Program-made: the position numbers and the translations under genes | The notes under the pieces: model-generated | What the model saw: the letters and a program-made list of their open reading frames with translations, nothing else | What the model was told of the DNA's origin: nothing | Database searches by the model: none | Shown here: in pieces, positions 37,850 through 49,929 of the stretch | Layout of the letters: each line of letters begins with the position of its first letter | Position numbering within the stretch: position 1 is the first letter of the stretch | Assembly: GCA_040285855.1 (NCBI GenBank) | Contig: JAUFOQ010000010.1 | Span: 806,001-870,000, forward strand | From: Eukaryota sp. GEM-RC1 | Lineage: Eukaryota | Direction: 5' to 3' | DNA: 64,000 bases

Positions 37850-39739
37850 GTTCTTTACAAATTTTTCCTGTATTTCAATGCTTTCTTTTGGGATACAAGT
37901 TGAAAGGGGACATACTACTGGAACCTAAACTGCTGATCTCGTCAACCAGAATAATTTACAATGTAACAGTGTAAAATTATTGTTGATCACTACTGAATTG
38001 TGACGAATGATTGGGTGATCAAGCTACTAAACCATCTTATGTTTCTATATTTTTGAAACCAAATACAAAATCAGTGGCAATCTCATCTAAAATCAGTTTG
38101 ACTATTCGGATCAATCTTTTGTAAATTCTGAAAGAAGGTCATTCTTAGATTCAGTGGATAGATCTACTGTACACCAAGAAAAACAGTAGGCGAACCATCT
38201 TCAACATATGGTTTCTGTGGTTGTGTATTTTTGATTGAAAAACCTTTACCAAGTTACAATGGATTTACATGTAGTTTCTAGAGTTTCAGTTCCACATGGT
38301 TAGATATCTAGCATGTCACGTTGTGCATTTCTATCAACATTTTCTACACATCCTTTCATTTTTCTGTTTGAACAGTTCTTCAGGAGGCCATTTGCAAGCA
38401 TCTTCATCTATGTTTATGGTTTGTGTATCTTATCTGGTGTTTCAATATATCATCCAATCCAGCTACTCCACTATCAACTGCTGTAGACTTTAGAAGATGT
38501 GTAGATGCATCAACATACAGTAATTCAAAAATATTTGTTCATCATCATTGATAAATTAGTTCATTTTTTGAAAGGACACGAGTACACGAAGTCACGAAAC
38601 TATCAGTAGCAATCCAAATGTGAGCACTTTCTAAGCCTACACACAAGACCGATAGTTTCGATCAGAACAGCTTTTCATTCAATTTGATAATTCGCCCAAT
38701 CCTAGTAGTGTACACATCACTGTTAACAACCATAAGAAACTTGCCGCGTTTTCGAGTAATCGTTGAAACATAGGAAGAGTGCGTATGCAAACCAGGTGAC
38801 AGGTCATGACTTAAACCATTTAGCTTTACATTGTTGAAGCCATTTGGCTGGCTGTGATTGATTTTGAATACTCAACTTAAGATCAATGATTATTCCAAGT
38901 CAAGAGAAGCAAAATCATTTAACACCAATGGAATGAAATTTCAACAACTTAGAGTTAGTAAGTAACTCGTTTATTACTCGTATAAGGTCAGCGGCGTGAA
39001 TGTTAACTGTATCTCCATCAGCAGTAAACCAATATAGATTTAATTGTGATATCCGACCTTTGCTTGGCTTTTGTGAACACAGATCACAGTGCGATTTGTG
39101 AAGTACAACTATGTTCTCAATCACTAACAATTCTGTCCGCAACTCAACTATTTTTTGTCAAGAATGGGTGTTATCATCACACACAGAAGCACTTTTGGAG
39201 CACTTGCTACTGAGTATAAATGTTAGATGCTAAATGTTTTATCCAGACTTCTTTGTCTTCGTTTTGTATATCAATATCATCTATATTATAAACAGGTGCA
39301 CTATACAGTCATGAGAAAATGATTATAATCCAAATAGACATAGAGTTAAATTAAACTCCTTTATTGATAAACAAATCCAAAAGACCACTGTAATGAACCC
39401 TCCATAATTTCACACCCATTTATGTACGCAAATTTGGATTATTTAAATTTGGAGAGGTGTACTTGGACAATTGTGTAATGATGTGCCAAAGAAAAGAAGA
39501 ATGTTGCGTGTATACTACTATACTTGCAAGTAGCATTGTCTTCATTTTGATTCGACATTGCCACGTCATTGTATCTGTATTTCTTTGTATTTTTGTTGTA
39601 TTGTATTGTTTGTATTTTTGTATTGTATCAGATCAAAGTGGGTGTATTTTTCAGGTGTGATTTCGAACTATGATTCAAAGGCAAATTGCAGGAGTCAAAG
39701 CAAATCTTTTATCACCTGTACGTTTGCTTGGACTTCTGT

Positions 39740-40330
39740 ATTGTGAGAAAATAGAACTCTTGGGTTGTTGTTGACAAAGTAGTGTCTATCGCTGATCCTT
39801 ATTGTCTTTATATTGAAACATCAGCAGCGTTCAACTTGATTCGGTCACGTTTTGTCTGTAGATTTCTTTGGTACCTTCGGTGATGTATTTCTCATCTTTT
39901 TGAGAATGAAGTGATGTTCACCATCGGTCTGTCGACTTTTTTTGCTGGTCATGTCATGTATACGTTGACGTTTTCTAAGTTGGGAACAACTGTGTCTTTG
40001 TTTTACATTTCAGCAGGCGGAAGCCTTTTAGTTAGCACGGGATTGTTCATATGGCTACAACCTCATGTAGGAGAAATGCTGGTTCCTGTTGTTGCTTATC
40101 TCGTCGTCATAACCATCATGGTTTCTTCCCCGGTGCACTAGGAAGTAGTACCAAGAATGGGACTGTGAGGTGAGATTTCTGGTTGTTTGTTGAGTGGCGA
40201 TGTTCTTTTATTCTGCTATTTTTGTTGCTCGACATCGCTTTGACGAAAAAGCCAACCGCCAACACACTTCACTTTTCTTCCAAATTTGAGTTCTGAACCA
40301 TATTTGTGGATCACACTACTTTTGCTAGTG
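39740..40330 (+). pseudogene. YhhN/TMEM86 (lysoplasmalogenase-like) membrane protein, disrupted
   Basis: GTFGDVFL, FTIGLSTFFAGHVMY, LVPVVAYLVVITIMV and ..VARHRF across several frames. Confidence 0.7.
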
Positions 40331-40958
40331 TGATCACAATGACAACCACATCACACGTGATCACAAATACTGTCAATTTTCTCAAATAAAGTACAATGAA
40401 CTGATACTTTTAGATTTGGCTATTAATGTAGCTCTGATAACTATGATTCTTTTTTGCCAACACGAAATACTGGAAGATATAATAAATGGTATGGTCTTAG
40501 GAATCTCGAAACCATACCGTTGTGTTCCAGTGTAATCGTTGGTCTTTTAAGTTTCTTAAGTATAAAGCAGCATTCAAAAATCTCCCAGTAGCTCTATAAC
40601 AATAGGTAATCCAGCATTCTCTGGCATTGAACATAAAAGGAAGTGATGGCATCTTCGAAAAACATGTTTTTCTAACAGCAATTAGTGTGTTAAGGAACAT
40701 CTGCAACTGATCTAGATTTATCATATACATGTATTATAAAAATGATTTCACTTATACTACAATATCAGAATAAAAGTGCTTTAATCCAAACACTTACACA
40801 AAAGTAGTGATCATTCAATATAATTCTTGATGAAAAAGAACAAGAACATATTTACATGTTTCCGCTAGAATGTGCAATAAAAACTCGCGAATCTGATACC
40901 AATAAAGAGTCCCATAACAGAGTGACAAGTATTGATAAACTCTGATTGTAAAACAACT

Positions 40959-41474
40959 TTATATAAACTCTTTACAAGGATCAGTTTGCCCACAAACAGA
41001 GCATCCTCCACTACTGAATTGACTAGAAGGATAATACCTAATCGTGAACTGCTCATTGATAAAGAGATGTGCCTGCTCACGAGCCCAATTAACACACTGA
41101 CTGTGAGTTCCCCTGTAAGGCCAGTTACAGCCTACAGGGCATTTGCATCTGGTTAAAGGGAATATGAAATCAGCATTAGAGTCAACTATAGGAAGCATGG
41201 CATCTGATAAGGAACGTTCAAAGACTTCAGTAACACTTATGCTATCATCGGAAGAACTGGAGAGGTAGATGTCGCAAAGACTGCAACTTCCACGATATGA
41301 ATTGACGTAGGTACAACGAGCACCAGGAGAAACATCAAGAGATTGAGCAGTTCTTTGACAGAAACAGAGACAACTAGCATGAGAACCTCTGTAAGCAGCG
41401 CCGCATGTAGTTGGACAACGACAGCCAGCCCAAACTATCGTCAAAAGAAGAAACAAGAGTGTGATCAATCTCAT
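40959..41474 (-). CDS. Secreted two-module cysteine-rich protein, family copy 4
   Basis: ATG at 41474 (MRLITLLF) aligns with copy 1. Same 16-Cys framework. Confidence 0.9.
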   Translation of the reverse strand: MRLITLLFLLLTIVWAGCRCPTTCGAAYRGSHASCLCFCQRTAQSLDVSPGARCTYVNSYRGSCSLCDIYLSSSSDDSISVTEVFERSLSDAMLPIVDSNADFIFPLTRCKCPVGCNWPYRGTHSQCVNWAREQAHLFINEQFTIRYYPSSQFSSGGCSVCGQTDPCKEFI

Positions 41475-42356
41475 TTGCTTGATGAAAATAAGTTCCATCC
41501 AGAAGTACATTTTCACAAACACTGGGGATCTGACAATTACCCATATAAAACCAACATCTCTCTAAATCGGGAATTGATGTGAAACCGTTATGTTTGATCA
41601 AACAATACTATTGTAATTGAGCACTGTCTTTGCTTTGTGTCCAGCTTGTTGTGCTAAGGCTTTTGCAGACTGCGAAGCTTGTGAATCTATACATATACTG
41701 TATCTATAAAACGATCTTGGGGTCTCTTCTGTTGATCCTTCGCCAATGCTTCTCTCTTTCTGTCATATTTTGATACTCCGTCTCCATCAGTTGGGTCTTC
41801 GTTGTTGTCAATAAATTCGTTTACACTATCTCGTAATTCTATGGTATCCGCAATGATTTCTTAACTTTCTTCTTGTCGACATCCTGCAGTTCCACTCTAG
41901 AGTACAACATAGTCATATGGTATGACTTTGTTTTACTTGAGTGTTTTTTGGGGTGGAGAAAACTTTCTATATCAACTTGACTTCGATTCTTTCCTTCAGC
42001 TGGTTCCACATAAACATCGCTTTTTCCTTAATGTAATTGGTTTACGTCAACAATCCAGATTTCTTCTATTGACGGTTCCCAGTAGAAAGCAACTAAGAGT
42101 CCTAAGTAATCTCCACAATACTACTAGTACACCATACGGGAAAGGTCTATCATACAAATGTGGAACACCTCTTCGACTACAGATGCTTGCTCAACTGCTT
42201 CTTTCCATAGCTTTCTAAGTAGCTCCTATTTAGTATCAACACGTGTTGTAACCTCACTTGTACTTCTGCAGCTGATTCGTTACATGATATTTTGTTTTAC
42301 CTCGTTGATTGTAGGACAAGTTTTGCAGTTCAAGTCATTGAAAAATATATACCATG

Positions 42357-42900
42357 AGGACACCAATACAGTCCCTTTCTAAACACCGTACAAGCCTGAA
42401 TTTTTCTAGGCTTGTATTGGTAGACTAATGGATGCTTGCTTTACACTAATGGTGTTACTAAAGTGCATATAAAAGAACTTTAAAAGAACTTCTTTGAAAC
42501 ATCTGCAGATTGTAGATATGGTGTCAAGTGACCTGGAATGATCAGGTAATCGATGTTCTCTCTACTGTCTAAGTATTGTCTGACCATGACAGGGGCCTCA
42601 TCGAACAACAAAAGGTGTTCGATAGCTAATGAATTTTCGTATTTACTTTAGTTCTTCTTCTCTTTCCTGTTTGATTCTCTCTAATAAGAAGCAGTCTAGT
42701 TCAATCCAAGGTTTCCTTCCAGCACATATTCATGAAGGAAGAGTGGATGTAAGAAGATAATACACCAATACAGCTTTATTTTATCATCAATTTTATTTTA
42801 TTTGAATCTAGAATAAATAACGACACATTAAACTTCATAGATCGTACAAGCCTACTATTCTCTAGGCTTGTATTGGTAGAAGGCTTGTATTGGTGTCTCT
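42357..42900. mobile_element. MITE-like element
   Basis: gacaccaataca / tgtattggtgtc inverted ends and repeated tacaagcct..aggcttgtattgg motifs. Confidence 0.55.
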
Positions 42901-43188
42901 ACTATAGGAATTTGATTTCTTTTCTGGGCCAATCAATGCCCCAATTAACTAAATCCATTAGTGAAAACTCCGACGAATATTTCTAAAAGCGAGGTGATAG
43001 TCTGAAGTTTGTTGAACAGTCTGTTGGCTCAATATTGTTAGAGTATCTGTATTTTTGAAAAATGCATATTTTTTAAGTCGAAGAGATTCTATGGGTGAAA
43101 TACAGTCTAGGTCGGTTGAAATTTATTGAAACTAGAAAAGAGTTAATATCAAAGGATATCTGAAACTTTTATACAGTCATTTCTCCAT

Positions 43189-43398
43189 CTAGTGCCACTG
43201 TATAGACCCTTGGGCTGGAAAAAATATTTCTATTTAAAGATTGAAATAATATTGCGTAAAAATATTAATTTCTTTTCGTCCGTATAAAATGTTCTAGTGC
43301 CACTGTATAGACCCTTGGGCTGGAAAAAATATTTCTATTTAAAGATTGAAATAATATTGCGTAAAAATATTAATTTCTTTTCGTCCGTATAAAATGTT
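43189..43398. repeat. Perfect 105-bp tandem duplication within a possible Tc1/IS630-like remnant
   Basis: Unit ctagtgccactg...tataaaatgtt occurs twice (43189 and 43294). The adjacent minus-strand VEQSTISRWL is HTH-like. Confidence 0.85.
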
Positions 43399-44692
43399 TC
43401 TGATATATACCAGATCATCTTTAGGTAGCTTTCGAAGACCTGATATCGCGTTTTCGTTGTTTTGAGGAGCACAACATTTGACCAACCATCTAGAGATAGT
43501 TGACTGCTCGACAAGGAAAAACCTCAGCAACTTCTGCCAGAGTTTTATCCAACCAAATATAAGTGTAAACAGATCTGACAATAGTATCATCAGTGGCTTT
43601 TCGATGTAAGGAGGGTAGGTCACGTTCAGGATCTAACAAAAGTTGAAGTGGATATACCATGAAAGATGTGAATGTGCCGGTAAAATTGGTGTGAAAAAGT
43701 GAATTAGCTCACATATGCATGAAATTTGGGAACCACAGTGCCGTATTGAAATATTTATTGTTCATCATGGTATTAATTGCAATACTCTTCTTGTTTCTAC
43801 AGAATTGAAAGAAGTGTGAACCATGTTCTTCACACAGAAGGTACATATCTTGAATTTCGTGCTGGTCTTGCAGTCACTGAAGGTTTTGGTTCTGCTCTTT
43901 GTTTATAGTGACGTGACACGTAGCGTGGAAGTTCTGAACTTTCATTCTGTGCTGAACACTTTTCTGCTCCTTTTCGCATGACTTTGAAACCGAAGGACGT
44001 GGCACTGTTATATGCCTATGTTATATAAAGCTTCATTGGTTGTGAGTTCCTTTTATGAGGATATAGTTGCTGTGAGATATCAGGGGTTTTTTATAACAAC
44101 AATTTTAGTATTAACGAGGAAAAGTTTTCAAGATTCAGGAAATGTGATGGTTTCACTAATTCAGATCATTGTTGCATTACCATGAAGATGTTTGACATTT
44201 TCATTAACAGGTGGTCATGAAAAATAAAAACAGTAGCGTTATTAAAAATGAGAGGTTTGATTATGGTCAACTTAATATTGAGACTATTACTGAGATCCAG
44301 ACATCTGAAAGTAGTCTACTATGGGTTGTTAAAATGACACGTGTCAAGGTGTGTCCAACCACAGTAAAGTGTTTTACCGCCTTAAAGGGGCTTTTGTGCA
44401 TTCCTATTGTGTGATAATGATTTGTAGAGAAGACTTGAAGAAATGGTTGAGAAAGTGAGAGTTGATAAGTACAAATAAGAAGAGAGAATTAAATCAACTA
44501 TCACAAAGTTGTATAAGAACTGTGGAGCTTTTGGCCCAAAACTTTCCTTGTCTAGTATTTCGCAGGTTTTATACTGAATATTCTATTTGTCCCATTTATC
44601 TATTTTTTCGCTATAGTTCGTGAAAAACAAACACTTTCTGTTTGATACTCAATATTTGTTATTGTAATCAACAAGGTGTTCTTATTCAACAA

Positions 44693-45399
44693 CAGTGGTG
44701 TGTAAAAATAAAAGACTTGAATACGGTACATTTTCAACTTTGCAAAAAATTCAGTATCTTTACAGTTGTTGTGTTTTGCGGCAAGTTTGAAACGAAGTGA
44801 GAATACGCAAAATACGGAAAATATTATTATAAATGAAACTACAAAACTAAAAGCAAATAAAGAACAAAAACATGACCCATCACTAATCAAAATGGCTAAG
44901 TTAATATTTTTCTGAATGACCTGCATGCAGAACCGAGTCAACAGTGTCCAGCAGATTGTATGTAGAGGATTAATTGTTGACGTGTTAAATGTCTCCACCT
45001 TAAACGACGACGATGACGAACATACTACGGTTTTGAAGTTGTCTTAGCAGCAGGATTATCACATTTGATTAATAAAAACAATAAGGTTGTACCAGCTTCT
45101 AAGTATTTCAGCTCTTGTCGTGTATCCGACCCAGTCAAATCTCTACTTTCAAGTACTAATGCGAGAGACAATGCATCAGTTGTTACAGAACTCGTGGAAA
45201 TGATCAAGAATGCTTTAATACGTCGATTTACGGGGCTTGCAAAATATTCTTTCATAATCTCACTACGGAAACATTTGCGGTAACTTATTTCCGTATTTTT
45301 ACAGTTTTGTAATTTACGGATACCGACTATAGTGCCATACCGTAATTTACGGTAGTGCACTGCAAATAGTGTACGGTACGCTACTTTTGTACATCACTG
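44693..45399. mobile_element. hAT-like non-autonomous element
   Basis: CAGTGGTG..CATCACTG ends. Flanks TTCAACAA / TTAAACAA (7/8). tacgg/ccgta repeats as in the 309-1490 element. Confidence 0.75.
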
Positions 45400-46321
45400 T
45401 TAAACAACTTACCCACAGAAAACACACTTATTCGTCGTATGGATGATGGGTTTTGCTGTTGATAGGCTGAATATTATGAGTGTTCAAATACTCTAATACA
45501 TTGGAGAAAAAACATTAGATACAAACTTGATTACAATTCAGTAATTTAAGCTTATTTCGTTGTCAGAAAGGACTGAATGTTGACGTCTGTTTCTAACGGT
45601 CCATTATCCCTTGAAAGACACTTCAAATATAAGATAGGTGAAAATGTGCACATGGGAAGTGTGTACTTTGAGCATAATGAATATCAGGGTGTATAGTTCT
45701 TATATGTATGTGAGTTCGGATCATAGTTACAAATCACAAACTTTTGTGATGTAATGGCTGTCAAATTCATTGTCACACAGACATTCATTTGGGAAAGGAC
45801 AATGTGATTGTAGTGGTATTAAATTAAGGTGATTCACAATTTTGGGTAATTCAGTGAAGTTCCAAAATAAATTCTCTTCAATCGTTGTGATATTGATGTT
45901 CTCGTTGATGTAAGTTGTGATTACAAGTCCCTATATCCGATCGGATATAAAGTAAACTATGAAATAAAAGCCCTGGGCTAAACCGTATACACCCGCTCTA
46001 TTACGCGGGACTTCTATAACGTGGAAGGGATTATTCGTATAATCCTTTTATTGATTTTATGTCTTAAATTTTGCATATGTATGAACATTTACACCATGTT
46101 GGATTCAATCTTCGATAGCTTAAGGATGGGAAAAGGGTAATGTAAAACCGTTAGTTTAGGGAACCAGACAACTGATCTTTGTCAAGATTATTTGTGTTCA
46201 TTCTTTGAACGTAACGTCCTGTGGCTTCTTCGCTCTTTAAACAGCGGCATCTAGTTCATAGTTTACTGCACATATTGTAATGTGAGAACGGCTCAACTTA
46301 TATCCTCAAGAAGTTACTTCT

Positions 46322-46409
46322 GGCTGCATGATATGTCCCGGTGGATGTACCAGATTTCAGCTCTGTGTGGGGCTTAACGGCCCAGAGGTTCGACTCCTCC
46401 TTGCAGCCG
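46322..46409 (+). tRNA. tRNA-Sec (anticodon UCA at 46357-46359)
   Basis: 9-bp acceptor stem GGCTGCATG/CTTGCAGCC with U.U mismatch; 6-bp D stem ATGTCC/GGATGT with CGGT loop; anticodon loop TT-TCA-GC; long variable arm GGGC..GCCC; 4-bp T stem GAGG-TTCGACT-CCTC; G discriminator. This is the eukaryotic 9/4 fold. Confidence 0.93.
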
Positions 46410-46413
46410 TTTT
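46410..46413 (+). terminator. Pol III terminator (T4) after tRNA-Sec
   Basis: TTTT immediately follows the discriminator base. Confidence 0.6.
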
Positions 46414-46637
46414 GTGAGACTTTTGTCTTTTGTTTCAGGTTAAAACTATGATTATTGGTGCTATTTTATCAACCTGAATGACGATGGTTATTATATAATA
46501 TGTTGAGTAGTTTCAAGTAGTTCTATGGTGAGAGTAATCAGGATTCCAACCCATATGACTCACTCAATCGTATATGTGATGGACTAGTGAAACGAGTTTA
46601 CATAAATACTAAATCATACTAGAACAAGAAACAGAAC

Positions 46638-46916
46638 CTATAGAACACGATCCAACTTGCTAATGGTCAATTCCTGATGGATTACTATCAAAACAGCCAA
46701 TTTACCCCCTCGTTTGTGAGAACTTATACGACGAACATATCGTACTAGAGACAGAAACAGTGGTTTGTCGGTATGAGATAAAGACTTCACTCTCGAACAA
46801 AGAAATCGAATGCTTGAAAGAGCAGGAGAGCGAGATTGTCGGAAGTAAATCCAGAGATCATCAATAGCATCGTCAAGACAACTCCCTATCATAAGAATCA
46901 GTAAGGGAGAATTCAA
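46638..46916 (-). other. Orphan ORF fragment, paralogous to 48787-49125
   Basis: AIDDLWIYFRQSRSP.LS.IRFLC..V.SL.HTD..L.RYVRRIS..L.VIHQELT aligns without gaps to the second copy. Confidence 0.55.
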
Positions 46917-47363
46917 ACTCTAAAAATAGGTCTAGGTCCATATATGAGTTGTTGATTGACTCTTCATGAATCTGAAATGTCAAAACTTTTGTCTATTGAT
47001 GCAGTGATGTTTGAGAACGTCTTGTATACAGATCGTCCTGTTCTTCAGCTCCAATGTGAACAATGACCATATTCTCAACAGATCTCCTTCCGGAAAAGCT
47101 CTTCTTCCAGCCATTATCTTCCATAGCCAAGTTGTTGTACACTCCTGATTAAATCTGAAAGTATTTTTATGTCTTTTCAAAACACAACATGTACTCTCAC
47201 TTTTGCAATGTACCTGTGGTGGCAAGGTTCTTTTCCATCTCCATTGATTTGTCTATAAGATCATCCAAGCATTGTCGAAATTTTGGTTGCTTTCGACACG
47301 AAAACAACTACTGTACTTCTGAAAAGTACAGATCACTATTTCAGATTGCACCCCATCACCTCA

Positions 47364-48162
47364 ATGATCTTTTCTCAAACAGATTGGGACACTCTGACCT
47401 CTGGCAGTCTTCTTCCTGTTGGCGTATGTATTCTCAGCCATTTGTTGGATAACTGCCGCATATATTCCTTCTGAGACCATCAGCATGGTAATGATGGGAC
47501 TCGGCGTACTGGGTCCCATGCTTGCTGCCTTTGTTATCAGGGGAAGAAAACTCAAATAACATCTGAATTCTGGCGCTCAACCTTCCATTACAAGCTCCAT
47601 TACAAGTGGTATGTCGCTTGTTTTGGAGTTCCATTCTTCGTTCTATCTCTATTGCTCCTCATCTGATACACTGTCGGCGAGAACATTAATACTGGCGCGG
47701 TACTTCCTTTTGGACGTTTTCTCTCATTCTTCTGTTCATGGTCATTATTGGAGGTGGAATGGAGGAACCCGGATGGCGAGGTTTTGCACAGATACGGCTT
47801 CTTTCCCACTTTAATCCACTTCTTTCCAGCGTAATCCTGGGTGTAGCTTGAACATTTTGGCACCTTCCCTTTCCTTGATTTCCACGTCTCTTCATTCACA
47901 GTTCTCTTTATTAGATTGGTTTGTTCTTTATCCCATAGGCGTTTGCTCAATTGCCGTCATTCTCACGTGGCTGTGGCTAAAGACTGAAGGAAGTGCGTTC
48001 TTGGCTATCTTGTTTCATGGTGTTATCAATGCAATCAATAATTACACCCCGGCCTTCGAGGTCCACGTCTTTGGTTTGACTTTAACTAACTTTGCTGTTC
48101 GTGAGATTCTTTTGTTACTGCTAGGATGTTTAGTGTTGGGCCTTCATTATCAACTTTTTTAA
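47364..48162 (+). pseudogene. CPBP/Abi (CAAX protease-like) intramembrane metalloprotease with frameshifts and two in-frame TGA
   Basis: GPMLAA, GGGMEEPGWRGFAQ, ILGVA*TFWHLP, TEGSAFLAILFHGVIN. Confidence 0.85.
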
Positions 48163-48786
48163 CAATGTGGAAACTTCCACTAACACAGAGTAACAAAATG
48201 TCTAACATTGGGTACGAATTGGCGTAGTTTTCTTCTTTAAATTCATTAAATTATTACTGTGTTTTCAAAACTCTAGCTGTCACATTATGTGATTGGGAAA
48301 AGGGTAATGTAATACATGGCATTTTGAATCGACTCTGTAGTTACAATGTTGTATCTAAATGTAGTAACGGATTTCAACTGGACTGGATTTTCACCAACAA
48401 AATCATTTAGTAACTATTATTAGAATCGTCTAACTAACCAATTGACTTCTTTTAGCAACATAACGGATTAGCCAATGATATCAGGATCAAGAGCAATCAA
48501 GAGTAGCACCTTTGTTACTCAAAATACAAGACCATCATACTTCGCTGAAAGGACTGGGCATAGTCAGTCGATCTAAGTCAATAACGCTTCTCCATCACAG
48601 AAGTAGATTTCAAGTGTGCACATTGAACAAAACCAGAGCTATAAACAATTTAAATAGATCATGTCGTTCGTCATAAACCAACAATAAAACGAGAAAGACT
48701 AAAACATGAAGAAATGTACAATACTGCAAGGCCAAACTAATAATACTAAGATAAACGAGGGAGAAAGCCTCGTTTTGTTGCTGAGA

Positions 48787-49125
48787 TCAGAAGGGACACC
48801 AATCCACAACAGATTTGGTCAATTCATGATGTATGACCGACAGTGCAGCACTTTTGGTGTCTTTTGGACGATTGCTGATACGACGAACATAACGAAGGAG
48901 TGCGGCGTACATTCGTCGATCTGTATGAGCTAGCGATCTGACGTTTTCGCAAAGAAACTTGATATCTGAAAGGTCAGGCGTTCGTGTTTGACGGAAATAG
49001 ACCCATAGTTCGTCGATAGCGACAACAAGTTCATCACTCATTGATGGAAGGAGATTGTAAGAAAATGATTTTGAGACTAGGTCAAATCTAGACAGGTCAT
49101 TAACAGCAGTTTCTATGTTCTTCAC
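48787..49125 (-). other. Orphan ORF fragment, paralogous to 46638-46916
   Basis: AIDELWVYFRQTRTPDLSDIKFLC..HTD..LLRYVRRIS..LSVIHHELT. Confidence 0.55.
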
Positions 49126-49535
49126 CTTGGGAGAACTGCCTCAGGTCAATTCGTGGTATCAAGAATCATTGGCCGTGTAGCTGTTTTTGGTTGATGTTCC
49201 TCTCTTTGCAACATAACGCATCACAATGTTTTCAATCCACTTTCTAACAAAGTGGGAGGATGTTGTGATTCTTCCCACAAAACCGTTCATCTTGAATTGT
49301 TTTTGGAGATGCTTTGCCATTCAACAACTTCCGTTGACCATCCTTTTTATTTCTTCACACATCAGATATCACAATCCGTCTTTTTACACTATCATTTTGT
49401 CCAGTTCTTTGTCACTGTTTATAGTCTTGTGTTCTCGCTGGTATTTCCTCTCTGTACAACAACTTGACCATCCTTTCGTTTATCTCCTACACTTCATCTC
49501 ACATGATACGAGTCACATCGTCTTCCTGTTTTGAT

Positions 49536-49929
49536 TAAAGTAAAATATGAAATTGAAGCCCGGGGCCTGTCCGTATAAGCCCCATCTTAAAATCGGCTAC
49601 TATTACGTGGGGCTACTATTACGTGGTGGGGCTTCTCTCTATAAGCCCCTTACCAAATCATGTTCTGAAGCCTCAGTTGTGTCGCATGTAGTGGATTCAC
49701 TGTCAAAACAATAAAAACAGTTACTCATCAACAACTTCCACATGTGACTCACCCAATTCTAACTCACACAATATGGCCAAATCCTCGAAGATCGATACTT
49801 CAAAATTCTTTATAACCAGGGGCTACTATTACGTGGTGAGGCCTCTCCGTATAAGCCCCATCCAAAATCGGCCACTATTGCGTGGGGCCACTATTACGTG
49901 GAGGGGCTTCAATTTCATATTTTACTTTA
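49536..49929. mobile_element. MITE with 26-bp perfect TIR
   Basis: taaagtaaaatatgaaattgaagccc / gggcttcaatttcatattttacttta, with ctattacgtgg subterminal repeats. A related end lies at ~45944-46030. Confidence 0.8.

Noticed and set aside
38050..39300. Faint transposase/integrase-like peptide scraps (also ~29900-30150, 34130-34430, 41640-42350, 59900-60200)
   Set aside because: Too decayed to assign family or boundaries by eye; probably MULE/hAT debris.
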